From an uncultured Actinomycetes bacterium (GTDB lineage: Bacteria > Actinomycetota > Thermoleophilia > UBA2241), in the NCBI GenBank assembly GCA_963767005.1, contig CAVYCN010000018.1, forward strand, positions 80,823-144,822: a DNA stretch of 64,000 bases. Reading direction: 5' to 3'. Positions within the stretch are counted from its first letter, which is position 1, and every line of letters starts with the position of its first letter. The notes beneath the pieces were generated by a model. The model saw only the letters and a list, made by a program, of their open reading frames with translations, had not been told where the DNA came from and searched no databases. The position numbers and the translations under genes are program-made. Of the stretch, positions 1-9,686 are shown piece by piece.

Positions 1-620
1 GACGAGTAGCAGCCCGGCGGGTAGACGAGGCCGGTCGACAGACCGTAAGCGCCGGCGGCCATGCTCGCCGCCAACAGGTCCTTCATGACGGCGAGCTCGC
101 GCTCGCCGGCGGGGCGCTCGTCGAAGCCCATCACCGCCACGCGCAGCGCGCCGTGACCGACCAGCGCGGCGACGTTGATGCCGCAGCCGCCGGCCTCGAC
201 GCCGCCGAGATACTCGGCGAACGTGCGCCAGGTGATCGGCGGCACGTCGAAGTAGAACTCCCACATCTTCACGAGGTCGGCGACGTGGGCGTCGGCGACC
301 GGGGCCGCCGACATGCCGCAGTTGCCCATGACGTGGGTCGTCACGCCCTGGTAGAGCGCCGACTCGGCGCCGGGGTCGGTGAGCACCGTGAAGTCGGAAT
401 GCGTGTGCGGGTCGACAAAGCCCGGCGTGACGTAGCGGCCGCCGGCGTCGATCACGCGGGGCGCGGGCCGGCCGGCGCGCGGCAGCGCGCCGGCCGGCCC
501 CACCCGCGCCACCAGGCCGCCCTCGAGCAGCACGTCGGCCGCGACCCAGGGGTTGCCGGCGCCGTCGACCAGCCGACAGCCCGTGATCAGTACGCTGTCG
601 GGGCCGGCCGGGACGCTCAT
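1..620 (-). CDS. N-acyl-D-amino-acid deacylase (D-aminoacylase family amidohydrolase), 3' end outside window
   Basis: Manual translation from ATG at 620 (GGAGGAG RBS): MSVPAGPDSVLITGCRLVDGAGNPW...PGFVDPHTHSD...QGVTTHVMGNCG...GAYGLSTGLVYPPG, typical of the family; not in the ORF track because it runs off the window. Confidence 0.88.
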   Translation of the reverse strand, partial: MSVPAGPDSVLITGCRLVDGAGNPWVAADVLLEGGLVARVGPAGALPRAGRPAPRVIDAGGRYVTPGFVDPHTHSDFTVLTDPGAESALYQGVTTHVMGNCGMSAAPVADAHVADLVKMWEFYFDVPPITWRTFAEYLGGVEAGGCGINVAALVGHGALRVAVMGFDERPAGERELAVMKDLLAASMAAGAYGLSTGLVYPPGCYS

Positions 621-659
621 GGGCTCCTCCTGGTCGCGCGCGCGGGATCCCGCGCGCGC

Positions 660-1823
660 TCAGACGCCGTAGGCGGCGCGCACCAGTGCGAGATAGTCCT
701 CGTAGCCGGCGTCGCGCGCATTGTCGGGCGAGCATACATGCTCAGCCGACAGCCGCGCGACCTGCTCGGCCTCGGCGTCGGACAGCGGCTGCAGCTCGCG
801 CAGCGCCGGGATGCCGATCTCGCGCATGAGGGCCCGCACCCGCTCGACGCCCGCGGCCGCCGCCGCCGCGTCGTCGCGGCCGCCGACCTCGACGCCGAGC
901 GCCGCCGCGACACGCGCGTGCTTGACGGGATCGGCCGGCGCGTTGAACTCGAGCACGGCCGGCAGGAACACGGCGCAGGCCAGGCCGTGCGGCGTGTCGA
1001 ACACGCCGCCCAGGCTCTCGCCCAGGCAGTGCACCGCTCCGACATCGGCGTTGCCGAACGCCATGCCGGCCAGCAGGCTGCCGAGCAGCATGTCGCTGCG
1101 CGCCGCGCGGTCGGTGCCATCGGCGACGGCCCGCGGCAGGGCGCCGCCGACGAGGCCGATCGCGCGCAGTGCGAGGGCGTCGCTCACCGGGTTGGCGGCC
1201 TTGCAGGTGTAGGCCTCGACCGCGTGGATCAGCGCGTCCATGCCGGTCGAGGCGGTGAGCGCGAGCGGCAGCGACGCGGTGAGCTCGGGGTCGAGCACGG
1301 CGACGCGCGGCGCGATGCGCGGGTCGAGGAGCGTCATCTTGTAGTGATGCTCCTCGTCGGTGATCACGGCGACCCAGGTGACCTCGCTACCGGTACCAGC
1401 TGTGGTCGGCACGGCGAGCAGCGGGATGGGCGGCTTCTCGGGCACCTTGGGGTCTTCCCAATCCTTCACGCGGCCGCCGTTCGTCACCAGGGTGGCGGCC
1501 GCCTTGGCGACGTCGATCGCGCTGCCCCCGCCGAGGCCGACGATGGCCCCGGCGCCGGCCGCGAGGGCCGCGTCGGCCGCCGCCCGGCACTCGGCGTCGC
1601 GCGGGTTCGACGAGATCGCCGAGAACACGGTGCACTCGCGACCGGCTGCCTTCACGATGCCGGCGACGCGGTCGGCCAGGCCCGCCGCGACGAGGCCGGC
1701 GTCGGTGATCAGCAGGACGGCACCGTCCGACAGCGCCGCCGCTTCCTGGCCCACCTCGGCGACTCTGCCGGGTCCGAACACGATGCGGGTGGCAAGCTGG
1801 AAGCCGAAGGCGACATCGTCCAT
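660..1823 (-). CDS. Iron-containing alcohol dehydrogenase
   Basis: GLGGGSAIDVAK, VPTTAGTGSEVT, GMDALIHAVE and H...HG motifs; ATG at 1823 behind an AAAGGAG RBS. Confidence 0.93.
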   Translation of the reverse strand: MDDVAFGFQLATRIVFGPGRVAEVGQEAAALSDGAVLLITDAGLVAAGLADRVAGIVKAAGRECTVFSAISSNPRDAECRAAADAALAAGAGAIVGLGGGSAIDVAKAAATLVTNGGRVKDWEDPKVPEKPPIPLLAVPTTAGTGSEVTWVAVITDEEHHYKMTLLDPRIAPRVAVLDPELTASLPLALTASTGMDALIHAVEAYTCKAANPVSDALALRAIGLVGGALPRAVADGTDRAARSDMLLGSLLAGMAFGNADVGAVHCLGESLGGVFDTPHGLACAVFLPAVLEFNAPADPVKHARVAAALGVEVGGRDDAAAAAAGVERVRALMREIGIPALRELQPLSDAEAEQVARLSAEHVCSPDNARDAGYEDYLALVRAAYGV

Positions 1824-1922
1824 GACTGCTCCTTTGGGCGGACCCAACGTGGCACGGTAGCCGGATGGTATCGCCCGGGAAACGACGCTTGAACGGCCGG
1901 CCAGAAGGCCGTGCGCACGGCC

Positions 1923-1970
1923 GTGGCCGTCTGCACCCGGGGCCTCGCCGCCGGCGGTGCAACCGCACAC
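1923..1970. promoter_or_regulatory. Paired GTG-N8-CAC operator boxes upstream of the ADH gene (candidate PucR-family sites)
   Basis: GTGgccgtctgCAC (1923-1936) and GTGcaaccgcaCAC (1957-1970); a near-identical pair occurs at 8942-8988. Confidence 0.5.
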
Positions 1971-2046
1971 CGCAAGGCTACGCGCGCGGCGCCGATCGAC
2001 GGTCCGGCTCCGAACGCCCCGGGTGGCACGGGGTCGACCGGCGCCG

Positions 2047-3789
2047 TCAGCCTCGAGGCAGCTCGCGGGCGGCCAGCACGTCGGCGGCACGCAGGCCCAG
2101 GTAGACCTCGACCAGGCCACCGCTCGCCGCCAGGTCGACGCCGAGGAGCTGCTCGATCCGCGCCAGACGCTTGCGCAGGGTGTTGCGGTGCACGAAGAGC
2201 ACCTCGGCGGTCTCGCCGACCTGGCAGCCGTGCGCCAGATAGGCCTCGAGCGTGTCGAGCAGCCCGGTGCCGCGGCGCGCGTCGGTCGAGCGCAGGCGGT
2301 CGGCGACCGCCGCCCGCAGCTGGGTCAGCACCTCGGTCGAGAGCGCGTCGAGAGCCAGGTAGCGCGCCCCGAGCTCCTCGAACAGCGTGACCGTCGGCGC
2401 CGGCCGCGAGCGCGCCGTGGGCGGCGCCTGTCCCGGCCGCGCCCCGCCGGTCGACCGGTCGAGAGCCGCCGAAGCGCCGACGCCGTCGCCCGCGTCGCGG
2501 CCGTGGTACAGTGCGAGGCGCGCCTGGCCGGCGGCGCGCCGCACCTGCTCGACGCCGGTCGCCGCCGCCGACACGCCGACCGGCAGCGAGCCGAGGTCGG
2601 TGCGTACGCCCACCGTCTCGGCGACCTCGCCGAAGAACCGCGCCGCCGCCTCGCCGCCCGCACCGGCGACCGCCGCCGGGCAGAACGCGAACACCTCGGC
2701 GCCGAGGCGGTGCGACAGGAACGGCACGTCGCGCTCCTCGAGCAGGCCGTCGAGGGCCGCGTGCGCCGCGGCCGCCGGTGCGACGCCGACGCCGAGCACC
2801 GCCACCCGCCAGGGCTCGCCGGGCTCGATGCCCTGGTTGACGAGGCGCTCGGCGAGCTCACCCGGGCCGCCGCGCTCGTGCAGCAGCAGCTCGAGCAGGC
2901 CCGAGCGGGCGCGCCGCCGCGAGTCGGCCGTGACGTGGATCGTGCCGAGGCTCACCTCGAGCAGCCGCTGCGCGAACGACAGCGAGGCGTCGGCGAGCTC
3001 CGAGATCAGCCGGCCCGCAGGGTGGACGACGAGCAGCAGCCGCTCGAGGCGGCCACCGACCCGCACCTCGCGAAAGCCGACCCAGCGGTCGTCGAGCTCG
3101 AACACCGAGCGCGGCGCGCCCTGCCGGGTGAGGCGGTCGTACTCGCGCCAGGCACGCGCGACGAGCTCGCGCTCGTCGGCCGCCGGATTCGGCCCCGACG
3201 AGCTCGCCAGCACGCGCCCGGCGCGGTCGAACACGACCGCCTGGGCGCCGAGCAGCTCGCCCAGGCGCCCGACCAGGGCCTCGACGCTGTGCTCGTCGAG
3301 CAGCGCGTCGACGAGGCACTGCTGCATGGCGACGCTGCGCCGCAGGCGGTGCATGTCGCGCGAGGCGAGGGCGTTGAAGACGTAGCTCGTGATCAGCCGG
3401 AAGGGCGTCTCCTCGGGCACGCGCAGGATCGGCAGGCCCTCGTCGTCGCCGGCCCGCAGCATGGCGTCCGGGATCACGCGCACGTTGGGCTGGATGGCCA
3501 CGCCCACGCCCGCCATGCCGCTGCGCTTGAGCAGGCGCACGAGCCGCACGCCCGACTCGGGGTCGGCTTCGAGACGCGGTCCCGTAGTGAGCACGACGCT
3601 GCCCTGTACCATCCAGGGCGTCGGGTCGTCGAGGTCGCCGATGTACACGGCCTCGACGACCTTGGACAGGCCGGCGCGGCCGGCCACCACCTGCAGGTGC
3701 AGGTCGGGGGCCTTGACGAGCTCGGCGACCGTGAGGCCGCCCGGCGGCAGGCCGCCGTCGTCGACGGGGTTGAGGCGCTGCGGCTGCAC
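2047..3789 (-). CDS. PucR/CdaR family transcriptional regulator
   Basis: N-terminal PucR domain (DPTPW...VVLTTG) and C-terminal [23 protein letters not shown]. Confidence 0.93.
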   Translation of the reverse strand: MQPQRLNPVDDGGLPPGGLTVAELVKAPDLHLQVVAGRAGLSKVVEAVYIGDLDDPTPWMVQGSVVLTTGPRLEADPESGVRLVRLLKRSGMAGVGVAIQPNVRVIPDAMLRAGDDEGLPILRVPEETPFRLITSYVFNALASRDMHRLRRSVAMQQCLVDALLDEHSVEALVGRLGELLGAQAVVFDRAGRVLASSSGPNPAADERELVARAWREYDRLTRQGAPRSVFELDDRWVGFREVRVGGRLERLLLVVHPAGRLISELADASLSFAQRLLEVSLGTIHVTADSRRRARSGLLELLLHERGGPGELAERLVNQGIEPGEPWRVAVLGVGVAPAAAAHAALDGLLEERDVPFLSHRLGAEVFAFCPAAVAGAGGEAAARFFGEVAETVGVRTDLGSLPVGVSAAATGVEQVRRAAGQARLALYHGRDAGDGVGASAALDRSTGGARPGQAPPTARSRPAPTVTLFEELGARYLALDALSTEVLTQLRAAVADRLRSTDARRGTGLLDTLEAYLAHGCQVGETAEVLFVHRNTLRKRLARIEQLLGVDLAASGGLVEVYLGLRAADVLAARELPRG

Positions 3790-3914
3790 GACGGTCAGCC
3801 TATACCGTCGCGCGGAGCGACGTCTCGCCGGCCGTGGCCGGCGCGGGCTTCTGGGGGGCAGAGAGCCCGCGCCGGCCGGACGCCGCGGCCGGCGTCAGCA
3901 GACCCGGCCGCGGC

Positions 3915-4850
3915 TCACCGCAAAAAGAGCGCGGCGACGGCCTTCTCGGTGTGCATGCGGTTCTCACCCTGGTCCCAGAAGGCGCAGTAGGGGCTCTCGA
4001 TGACCTCGTCGACCATGTCCTCGCCGCGGTAGCCCGGCAGGCAGTGCATGTAGATCACGTCAGGCTTGGCCATCTCGATCACGCGCATGTTGACCTGGTA
4101 GGGGGCGAAGTCCTTGAGGCGCTGCTCGCGGTTCTCGGTGGCCATCGAGTGCCAGGTGTTGCCGTAGATCACGTCGGCCTGGCCGGCGACCTCTTCGAGG
4201 TCGGGCGTATAGACGATCTTCGACCCCGAGAGGGCGGCCCACTTCTGGGCGATCGCGAGCTGCTCGGCGTTGGGCTGATAGCTCTCGTTGGGCTGGGCGG
4301 CGTAGAAGTCCATGCCGAGCATGGCGGAGCCCATCATGAGCGAGTGGCAGACGTTCCAGATGTCGCCCAGGTAGGCGACCTTGAGGCCCTTGTAGTGGCC
4401 CTTCTTCTCTTTGATCGTCATCAGGTCGCAGAGGCCTTGGCAGGGGTGGGTCTCGTTGGTCAGCGCGTTGATCACCGGGTTGAGCATGTAGCGGGCGAAC
4501 TCCTCGACGACCTCCTGGCCGAAGGTGCGGATGAAGAGGCCCTCGCAGTAGCGGTCGATGATGCGCGCCGTGTCTGAGATCGGCTCGCCGCGGCTGGTCT
4601 GCATCTGGTCGGGGCTCATGTAGAAGGTCTGGCCGCCGAGCTGGGCGATGCCCGCCTGAAAGCTCAGGCGGGTGCGCGTCGATGCCTTCTCGAAGATCAG
4701 GGCGACGGTCTTGCCGCGCAGCGGCTCGAAGAGCTCGCCGATCAGGCGCTTGCGCTTGAGCTCGATCGCCGTGTCGACGATGAAGCGCACCTCGTCGGGG
4801 GTGAAGTCGGCGAGCTTCAGGAAGTCTCTGCCCTGGAAGTGGTGCTGCAT
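3915..4850 (-). CDS. argF: Ornithine carbamoyltransferase-family transcarbamylase (atypical substrate loop)
   Basis: STRTR carbamoyl-phosphate motif, HPCQ and HCLP; NTWHSMA replaces the canonical DVWxSMG. Confidence 0.85.
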   Translation of the reverse strand: MQHHFQGRDFLKLADFTPDEVRFIVDTAIELKRKRLIGELFEPLRGKTVALIFEKASTRTRLSFQAGIAQLGGQTFYMSPDQMQTSRGEPISDTARIIDRYCEGLFIRTFGQEVVEEFARYMLNPVINALTNETHPCQGLCDLMTIKEKKGHYKGLKVAYLGDIWNVCHSLMMGSAMLGMDFYAAQPNESYQPNAEQLAIAQKWAALSGSKIVYTPDLEEVAGQADVIYGNTWHSMATENREQRLKDFAPYQVNMRVIEMAKPDVIYMHCLPGYRGEDMVDEVIESPYCAFWDQGENRMHTEKAVAALFLR

Positions 4851-4865
4851 GGTAGGGGGCTCCTC

Positions 4866-5510
4866 TCAGTCCGTCCAGCCGTAGGCTCTGATCGGCGAGC
4901 CGTCGCCGCCGGCCAGGCGCAGCGGCACGAAGGCGCAGTGTGCGGCCCGGCCGGCGGCCAGGCCCGCCAGCTCGGTCAGATTGGTCAGGTTCTCGACGAT
5001 CAGCACGTCGGCGCCCAGCAGGATCTCGTGGGCATGGGTCGTGTCCTGCAGCGAGCTGTCGACGTTGAAGGCGTCGGTGCCGACCAGGCCTACGCCGGCG
5101 GCCACGACGGCCCGGCAGGCCCCGGCGCCGAGCCAGGGGTGCTCGAACATGCCGGCGCCGCCCCAGTGACGATCCCAGCCGGTGGCCAGTAGCAGGGCGC
5201 CGCCGGCCGGCAGCCGCGCGAGCGCGGCGGCGAGCGCAGGCTCGCCGATCTCGTCGTCGGCGCCCGCCGTCACGCTCGCCACCACGGCCGGCAGCACGAA
5301 GCGCTCGAGCGGGTACTCGTCGATCGCGGAGCCGCCGCGCACGTAGTGGCCGGCGGCGTCGATGTGGGTGCCGCTGTGGCTGCCGAGCGCCAGGCGCGAG
5401 ACACGCCAGGGCTCGCCGACGGCGGCGTCGACGAGCTCGACGACCGGATCGCCGGGGTAGATCGGCATCCCGGTCGCGAGCTCGTGACTCAGATCGACGA
5501 AGTGCGTCAC
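4866..5510 (-). CDS. Cyclase family protein (kynurenine formamidase-like metal hydrolase)
   Basis: DLSH...PIYPGDP...HSGTHIDA...IVENL...DGSPIRA; the GTG start overlaps the permease stop (GTGA). Confidence 0.9.
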   Translation of the reverse strand: MTHFVDLSHELATGMPIYPGDPVVELVDAAVGEPWRVSRLALGSHSGTHIDAAGHYVRGGSAIDEYPLERFVLPAVVASVTAGADDEIGEPALAAALARLPAGGALLLATGWDRHWGGAGMFEHPWLGAGACRAVVAAGVGLVGTDAFNVDSSLQDTTHAHEILLGADVLIVENLTNLTELAGLAAGRAAHCAFVPLRLAGGDGSPIRAYGWTD

Positions 5511-6982
5511 GCGTTTGCTCCGGCGCGGTGCAGCTCCCTGTCGCTGGCCTCGATCGCGGCGTACTCGCTCGCCGGGTCGAAGTTGCGGGTCAGCAGGAAG
5601 TAGGCGGCGGCGGTGACGACCACGCCGACCATCCAGGCGATGTCGACGCTGTTCAGGTAGTGACCGGCGATCGGCCCCGTGAAGTAGCTCTTCAGACTGA
5701 CCAGGTTGAGCAGCACCATGAAGGGGACCTCGGCCGCGAAGCCGATCGCATAGGCCAGCATGCCGCGCGGCGACCAGACACCGTAGATGCCGTGCGGCTT
5801 GAAGATGTCGACGATCGAGTAATGGCCGCGACGCACGAAGAAGAAGTCGATCAGGTTGGTCGTGGTCCACGGCACGAGCAGGTAGAGCATGAGGGTCAGG
5901 GCGGTGTCGACGACGCCCACGGCGCTCGTCGAGATCGCCTTCGCGATCACGAACCAGATCACCGTCAGCACGAGGATCGTGACGATCCGCGCGCGCTTGG
6001 TGGGTGTCACCTTGCGGAACGAGTCGACGCCGGCCAGCGTGGTGAGCATGCCGCCGTAGGCGTTCATGCCCATCGTCGCGGCGAGCGCGCTGGCCGACAC
6101 GAACGCGGTGAGGCCGCCGAGGTGGCCGATCACATGGTTGCCGGCACTCTGCAGGCCGACGAGGCCGTCGGTCGCGCCCAGACGGACGGCGAGCCAGGCG
6201 CCCAGGGCGATCAGCCAGACCGATGGGATCGCCGCGCCGCTGAACACCCAGGCGATGGTCGAGCCCTTGGCGGTGCGGCGCGGCAGGTAGCGCGAGTAGT
6301 CGGACACATAGCCGGCGTAGGTCAGGTTGTAGGCGGCCGCCGCCGAGAGCTGCGCCATAAAGCCGGTCCAGTTGAAGCCGTAGGCCGTGTGGCTGGCGAC
6401 GTGGCCGGCGTGACCGGTGAGGATGCCGATCGAGATGATGCCGACGAGCGGCAGCGAGATGTAGAGCAGCCAGCGGAACATGCGGTGCAGCCAGTCGTAG
6501 CCGTAGATGGCCAGCAGCGCGGCGCCGGCCGTCGCAACGACGGCGATGACGTTCGCGTTCCAGCCGAAGGTGCCGTGCAGACCCTGAGCGAGCAGCACCT
6601 GGTCGGCCACGTTGAAGGCCATGTACGTGAAGAGCATGGCAAAGAGCGGCACGACCACGCCGCGAAAGCCGAACTGGGCGCGCGACTGGATCATCTGCGG
6701 CAGCCCGAGCACCGGCCCCTGGGTCGCGTGGAAGGCCATGAAGACCGTGCCGGCGACGATGCCGAGCAGGCCGGCCAGGATGGTCCAGTACAGCGACAGG
6801 CCGAAGGCCGGACCGATGAAGCCGATGGGGATCGTGAAGTACTGGAAGTTCCCCAGGAACCACAGCGGCCCCTGATGCCACACCTTGCCGTGTCGCTCGG
6901 AGTCGGGGATCCAGTCGATGGAGCGCACCTCGATCCCGCTGATGCCGCTCGGGGTGCGCGTCGGTGACTCAACCGTGGCCAT
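5507..6982 (-). CDS. NCS1 family purine/cytosine permease
   Basis: About 12 hydrophobic segments, GLPQMIQSRAQFG and SDYSRYLP motifs; ATG at 6982 with AGAGGAG RBS. Confidence 0.92.
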   Translation of the reverse strand: MATVESPTRTPSGISGIEVRSIDWIPDSERHGKVWHQGPLWFLGNFQYFTIPIGFIGPAFGLSLYWTILAGLLGIVAGTVFMAFHATQGPVLGLPQMIQSRAQFGFRGVVVPLFAMLFTYMAFNVADQVLLAQGLHGTFGWNANVIAVVATAGAALLAIYGYDWLHRMFRWLLYISLPLVGIISIGILTGHAGHVASHTAYGFNWTGFMAQLSAAAAYNLTYAGYVSDYSRYLPRRTAKGSTIAWVFSGAAIPSVWLIALGAWLAVRLGATDGLVGLQSAGNHVIGHLGGLTAFVSASALAATMGMNAYGGMLTTLAGVDSFRKVTPTKRARIVTILVLTVIWFVIAKAISTSAVGVVDTALTLMLYLLVPWTTTNLIDFFFVRRGHYSIVDIFKPHGIYGVWSPRGMLAYAIGFAAEVPFMVLLNLVSLKSYFTGPIAGHYLNSVDIAWMVGVVVTAAAYFLLTRNFDPASEYAAIEASDRELHRAGANA

Positions 6983-7105
6983 GGCAAGCTCTCCTCTCGC
7001 CTGACGTCGTTGGGGCTGGCCGGTGGGCTGCTGCTGATCGTGCACGATCCACGGCGACCGCCACAGGCGTCGCCGGACAGAGGGACAAAAGCAGGCGCGG
7101 ACGGC

Positions 7106-8005
7106 TCACGACCGTCCCGCCTGACGGGGCGCGCCGGCGCGGGCGGCGGCCGGCATGCCGGCCGCCGCCCGCGCCGGCGCGCTCACCGCGGCGTAGAGCT
7201 CGGGGCGCCGGTCGCGCAGCTGCGAGCCGTAGCCCGCGCGCGCCTGCCGGGTGTGTTCCAGGTCGACGGCGCCGGCGAGCAGAGCGTCCTCGCCGTCGTC
7301 GAGCGCGGCGACCTGGTGCCCGAAGCAATCGACGATGCGCGAGTGGCCCGAGAACGACGCCGGCCCGTCGGGTCCGGTGCGGTTGACCGCGACGTGCGGC
7401 ACGACGTTGTCGTAGGCGCGGGCCGCGACCGCGAGCTCCCAGTCGGCGACGTAGGGGTCCTCCCAGGCGCCGATCGTGACGAGCAGCTCGGCGCCGGCCA
7501 GCGCGTGCGTGCGGGCGACCTCGGGAAAGGCCGCGTCCCAGCAGATCATGAGACCGAGCTCGCCGAGCGATGTGGCGACGATCGGCAGCTCGTCGCCGTC
7601 GGCGAAGTGGCGGAGCTCGGTCTTGAGGCAGTGCGTCTTGCGGTACGAGACCACGGGGCGGCCGTTGCGCTCGAAGACGGCGGCCGCGTCGTAGATCAGG
7701 CCGGGCGCGCCGCCCGCCTCGGCGTAGCCCGCGATCAGCACCACGTCGAGCTCGGCGGCGAGGGCGGCAAGGGCCCGCAGGCTGGCGCCGTCGGGCCAGG
7801 GTTCGGCCAGCGCGGCGAACCGCTCGCCGGCCGAGTAGCCGGTGACGGCGAGCTCGGGCGCGACCAGCAGCGCGAGCTCGGGTTGCGCCGCCTTGAGCTC
7901 GCGCCCGAGCGCGGCCATACGGGCCACGTTGGCCGCAGGGTCGCCGGTCGTAGGCCGCAGCTGGATGCCGCCGGCGACGATCACGGACGCACGCGGGCGG
8001 GCCAT
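7106..8005 (-). CDS. Carbon-nitrogen hydrolase (nitrilase superfamily amidase)
   Basis: Catalytic triad contexts PELAVTGY, YRKTH and ICWD; C-terminal RDRRPELY. Confidence 0.92.
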   Translation of the reverse strand: MARPRASVIVAGGIQLRPTTGDPAANVARMAALGRELKAAQPELALLVAPELAVTGYSAGERFAALAEPWPDGASLRALAALAAELDVVLIAGYAEAGGAPGLIYDAAAVFERNGRPVVSYRKTHCLKTELRHFADGDELPIVATSLGELGLMICWDAAFPEVARTHALAGAELLVTIGAWEDPYVADWELAVAARAYDNVVPHVAVNRTGPDGPASFSGHSRIVDCFGHQVAALDDGEDALLAGAVDLEHTRQARAGYGSQLRDRRPELYAAVSAPARAAAGMPAAARAGAPRQAGRS

Positions 8006-8015
8006 CGGGCTCCTC

Positions 8016-8873
8016 TCAGACGTCCCGCAGGAGCGGGAACGTCATGCAGTGCGGTCCGCCGCCGCCCTTCAAGATCTCGCTGATCTCGGGGGCGATGACC
8101 TCGAGGCCGAGGGCGCGCAGCTTCGCGTTGACGTCGCGATTGCCGGCGAAGGTCAGCACGCGGCCGTCGCCGAGCGCCTGGATGTTGCAGTGGTGGGCGA
8201 GCACGCCGGCGCTGCTCACCTCGATCAGCTCGAAGCGGCGCTTGGCCAGGGCGCGCAGGAAGAACTCGGGCATCTGCTCGACGGCGCACACAGCGACGCC
8301 CGGCGCCACGATGTTGAAGGCCATGTCGAGGTGCAGGTTGCGCGAGGGAAGCTGCACGCCGCGCACGGTGTAGCCGAGCGGCTCGAGGATCTCCTGGGCG
8401 TTGCGCAGCCCCTCCCAGTCGGTGCGCGCCACCACGCCGTGGGCCACCGTGGCCTCGTCTATGAGCCAGAAATCGCCGCCCTCCAAGGAGCCGCGGCAGA
8501 CCTTGCCGATGATGGGCACGCCGAGCTCTCGCAGCCTGGCCTCGTAGAGCAGCTCCTCGCCCTGGCGCACCGGCTCGCGGAAGCTGCCGATCAGCGCACC
8601 CTCGGCCAGACAGGCGCCGAAGTCGCGCGCGTAGACCATGTAGGGCAGCTCGGGATCGGGCTCAATGAGCTCGACCGCGACGCCGGCCTCGCGGTAGGCC
8701 GCCACGAGCTCTGAGTGCTCGCGGGAAAAGGCCGCAAGGTCGGGCTGCTCGCCGCGGGCCAGCACGCCGCGGGTGATCTCGTTGATGGGCTGGAAGCTGA
8801 AGTGGTCGGGGGGGCACAGCAGGACCTTGCGGAGCCTGCCCGTCGCGTTCGACACAAACAGCTGCTCGGTCAT
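8016..8873 (-). CDS. Dimethylarginine dimethylaminohydrolase / amidinotransferase (pentein) family protein
   Basis: Motifs YARD, LEGGD, HLD and GGGGPHCMT (catalytic Cys); ATG at 8873 with GAGGAG RBS. Confidence 0.9.
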   Translation of the reverse strand: MTEQLFVSNATGRLRKVLLCPPDHFSFQPINEITRGVLARGEQPDLAAFSREHSELVAAYREAGVAVELIEPDPELPYMVYARDFGACLAEGALIGSFREPVRQGEELLYEARLRELGVPIIGKVCRGSLEGGDFWLIDEATVAHGVVARTDWEGLRNAQEILEPLGYTVRGVQLPSRNLHLDMAFNIVAPGVAVCAVEQMPEFFLRALAKRRFELIEVSSAGVLAHHCNIQALGDGRVLTFAGNRDVNAKLRALGLEVIAPEISEILKGGGGPHCMTFPLLRDV

Positions 8874-8941
8874 CTGGGGCAACTCCTCTCCACCTGACGC
8901 TGTCGCGAGCGGAACGTATCCGGCGCGGACGAGAGCGACAA

Positions 8942-8988
8942 GTGGACCTCTGCACCCGAAATGATGGATGGAAGGTGCCCTTGTACAC
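8942..8988. promoter_or_regulatory. Paired GTG-N8-CAC operator boxes upstream of the DDAH operon
   Basis: GTGgacctctgCAC (8942-8955) and GTGcccttgtaCAC (8975-8988); same architecture as 1923-1970. Confidence 0.5.
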
Positions 8989-9020
8989 CTGGTTTGATGC
9001 CGACGGCTGGCGGTGGTCGA

Positions 9021-9671
9021 ATGGGACCCGTGCAACGTCCCGTCATCATGTTCGACAACGACGGCGTGCTGGTCGATTCGTTCGACGCCTTCCTCGCGGC
9101 GTTCGGCGCGGCCTGCCGCCGCCACGGCCACCCCGAGGTCGGCACCCGCGAGCGGTTCCTGGGCCTGTTCGAGGGCAACTTCTACGACGCCATGGCGGCG
9201 CGCGGCGTAGCCGGCGACGCGCTGCGCGCGATCGTCGCCGACACGACGGCCGCGCTCGACGCCTCACCGGAGCTGCAGCATCCCTTCCCCGGCGTGCCGG
9301 AGCTGCTGGGCGGCCTCGCCGCCCGCTTCGACGTTGTGGTGATCACCTCGAACGCGGCCGCCGTGGTGCGCGACTTCCTGGAGCGCGAGGGGCTCGCCGG
9401 CCTCGTGACCGACGTGCTCGGCGTCGAGACCGATCCGAGCAAGGTGCGCAAGATCGCCACGGTCACCGCGCGCTACCCCGGCCAGGCGCCGTACTACTAC
9501 GTGGGCGACACGAGCGGCGACATGATCGAAGGCGCCGCGGCCGGAGTGACCCCGCTCGGCGCCGGCTGGGGCTGGCACGGGCCGGCGGCGCTCGCGACGG
9601 CCGGCGCAGCCTACGTCGCGTCCACGCCGGCCGACCTGCTCGCGTTCGTGACGGACGGCGCCGGCTCGTAG
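9021..9671 (+). CDS. HAD family hydrolase (phosphoglycolate phosphatase-like)
   Basis: FDNDGVLVDS motif I, ITSN motif II, VGDTSGD motif IV; ends in TAG. Confidence 0.88.
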   Translation: MGPVQRPVIMFDNDGVLVDSFDAFLAAFGAACRRHGHPEVGTRERFLGLFEGNFYDAMAARGVAGDALRAIVADTTAALDASPELQHPFPGVPELLGGLAARFDVVVITSNAAAVVRDFLEREGLAGLVTDVLGVETDPSKVRKIATVTARYPGQAPYYYVGDTSGDMIEGAAAGVTPLGAGWGWHGPAALATAGAAYVASTPADLLAFVTDGAGS

Positions 9672-9686
9672 CGCGGCGCCGCCGCC

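Noticed and set aside
7075-7100. ykkC/guanidine-I riboswitch-like tail (acagagggacaaaagc) near the NCS1 permease
   Set aside because: It is on the strand opposite the permease, and the rest of the aptamer is not visible.
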